A stretch of DNA of 64,000 bases from Paraspadella gotoi (lineage: Eukaryota; Animalia; Chaetognatha). The DNA lies in contig CM119269.1 in assembly GCA_051294375.1 (NCBI GenBank), positions 17,992,410 through 18,056,409 of the forward strand, in the 5' to 3' direction. Positions 61,560-64,000 of the stretch are shown here, piece after piece. The stretch's first letter is position 1. Each line of letters begins with the position of its first letter. A program made the position numbers and the translations under genes. The notes under the pieces are model-generated. The model made no database searches. It saw only the letters and a list, made by a program, of their open reading frames with translations, and had not been told where the DNA came from.

Positions 61560-64000
61560 AATTTGTTAGCAATCTTGAGGAAAAAACGGTTAAGTACTTT
61601 TATCTGAAGGATTAATGGCCGAATGGCGCGAAACGAAATGGCGAGATTGAGTCGAAATGGCGAGATTGAGCAGAAGTTGCTCGAATAAAACTCGCTATTA
61701 AGTCTAATTATCTAAATATTCATGCGAAAAGTCAAGCGGATAAAAGAGAAACGAAAAAACGAAACGCAACGTTTCCAATTGCGCAAAAAATGCGAGATCG
61801 ATCCCGACATATAGTCCAAACTATTAAGAATAGAAACGAGTAAAAATTTAAAATCTATTCAACTCCCAGAATTTTTTTTTTTTTTTTCCCCGAAAGTCAA
61901 ATGTTTTTTTTTTTCCGACCCGATTTAAATCACCGTGCCGCTCCGGTTCCGCTCCAATTCCTCTTCACCCTTTTTCGACCCGAAACCCGCCAGATTTTCC
62001 GCTCGCCCTTTCCCCTCGTAAAATCCTGGTCAGACGGCAATGAGAGAAGAATTTTCCTTCTTTCCTCTCACTATCTGAACTCCGGTGCTCCAACTGCGCC
62101 CACTCGATATATATCCAATTCTTTCTTTCCTCTCGAACCATCCTCATCGTTCCTTTCCTCCCTTCACTACCTCCTTTTCTTCTTTTCCTTCCTCCCTCTT
62201 TCCTTTTCTCTCTTCCCATCCTCCCCTCTTAACCTCCCTTCCTCGTCAAACCCCGAAACCGATGGAGACAGAAGGCAGAGAGAGAATCGATTTGAGACTT
62301 ACGTTTTTTACGACGACAACGACGGTAATTCTCCCGAGGATTCGATTGGTCAACGACGTCCGCCGGGATTTCTTCGCTGTTAATCCACTTTGCCAATGAC
62401 GTCGCGAGGACAGGTTCTAAGGTTTCAACCCGCCAACCGCCAACCACCAACTATTCTACAATTTTTCTAGATTTTTCTTATCTTGATCGAGTTCTTGGCC
62501 TAGTGTGAATGTTAGGAACCATAATGATAAAAAAAAATTAAAAAAAAAAACAAAAAATGATCGAGTTCAAACTTTACGCACTACATGCCCTAATTTTCAG
62601 TTTTCTAAGTTCTTATGTATGTTTATTTGTCAAAGTTGCAGGTGAGGCCACCAAAATATATTGACTGTGTTTGTCGATAGTTTCTTTGACACAAATTTAT
62701 CGAGTTCTGATTGGTTCTCAACGAACATTCGCTGGCGACGTCATTGGCGAGATTCTTGTTTTCTGGTTGTGGACCAAAGAGGCCGCTGACTCAGCGCCTG
62801 GTCCAAGCGTCTTTGACGGCGGCGTCCTGGTTGTTGTTGTTGTTGTTGTTGTTGTTGGGGTTGCAGTTGTTGTTGCGGTCGTTGCTTGTATTGTTGTCCA
62901 ATGTTAAAAGTTTTGTATTTTTTATTTGTTTTTGTAATAGCGACTTCACTCAAACAAACATAAACATAAACAAACCCAAAAAAATTTAGGAAACGAACTC
63001 GACTTGAGATCTCAAAAACCTTTATTCTCCCGATTTCGTCGTCATGGTCGTCGCTGTCGTCGCTGTCGTCGTTTTCCTTCGTCACCATCGTCGTCGTCGT
63101 CGTCTTTTTTCTGGCAAGGAATGACCCCTCCCGACTTTTTCTTTTTTTTTTCTTTCCTTGTTTTGTTTACCCAAAAGAAGGAATTCTCGGTTGTTTTAAC
63201 CAGATTAACATGATTTGTCAGTTGGGGGCAGAAATCACTGGATCCCCGCCATTTTTCGACGTCGCCGGCCGTCGAGGCTGTCCGAGTGCCCGGATGTCGG
63301 GCGAAATCATTAAGGTTTGTGGATATATAGTTATAATTATATAATATATAAGGCTGCGTAAACAACGACGGATGGAATAAAGACGATTTAAAGACAAGTA
63401 CGTAATGATAAGTAATGATATGTATATTAGGCCGGAACAGGTTGAAAACTAGAAGTTCTCTCAAATAATGGTCAGGTGACTGTTAGAGAATATGAAAATG
63501 AAAATAATTTTTAAAATTTGTCTTATTGATAAGCGCACGGAAGCATTTATCTTTTATTTAACTTTTCAAGCTTTATAGGAATCCGTTCTTAAAAAATAAA
63601 ATTTAAAAAAAAAATTTTGTCATTTGTTATATATTTAAAAGCTTCAGTGCAACAACCCAATGAAATAATTCAAAAAGTTACATTGAAAATCAATTTAGTA
63701 ATATAATTTATATATATATATTATACATCGCGACGACCACGATAACAACAACCATGGCCCTCGAGGAACACGCCGATGAAAACAATAACATTGAAGTCGA
63801 CGATGTAATCAGGTTAAAATAATCAAAGAATCTGATCGCGGATTCTTCCGGTGGCAAGATATTTCAAAGGATCTCTGGTCCCCGACCCCAAGCGTCCCCG
63901 TTTCTCAACCTCCCTGTCGCACTAATCCTAATCCTACCTTTCCTTTGCTAATTCTAATGTCAAGCCTAATGTTGTTTTTTTTTCTCTCATCCTTCCCTTG

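Overview
Animal genomic DNA, probably from an invertebrate: spliceosomal GT-AG introns, no CpG depletion, dense (GA)n, (GTC)n and (TTCA)n microsatellites, and many N gaps. Three spliced genes can be reconstructed by hand with consistent intron phases. (1) The 5' part of a Hey-family bHLH Notch-target gene (minus strand, exons 6281-6390 and 4701-4909). (2) A complete 10-exon ferroportin/SLC40A1 gene (plus strand, 35224-40311, about 715 aa). (3) A secreted signal peptide + coiled-coil + fibrinogen-domain (FReD, angiopoietin/scabrous-like) gene (minus strand, 41349-50039), tail-to-tail with ferroportin. The most notable signal is a canonical iron-responsive element (IRE) hairpin about 140 nt upstream of the ferroportin ATG and 30 nt downstream of a strong splice acceptor; ferroportin IREs are generally described from vertebrates. 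The window also holds several minimal type-I hammerhead ribozyme motifs of the Penelope-like-element type inside inverted-repeat structures, one hit by a hAT MITE at its cleavage site, plus other MITEs and a tRNA-derived SINE-like repeat. A 7.3-kb tandem duplication and a 9-kb palindrome both abut 25-N gaps and look like long-read gap-filling artefacts. All calls are from reading the sequence; no searches were run.
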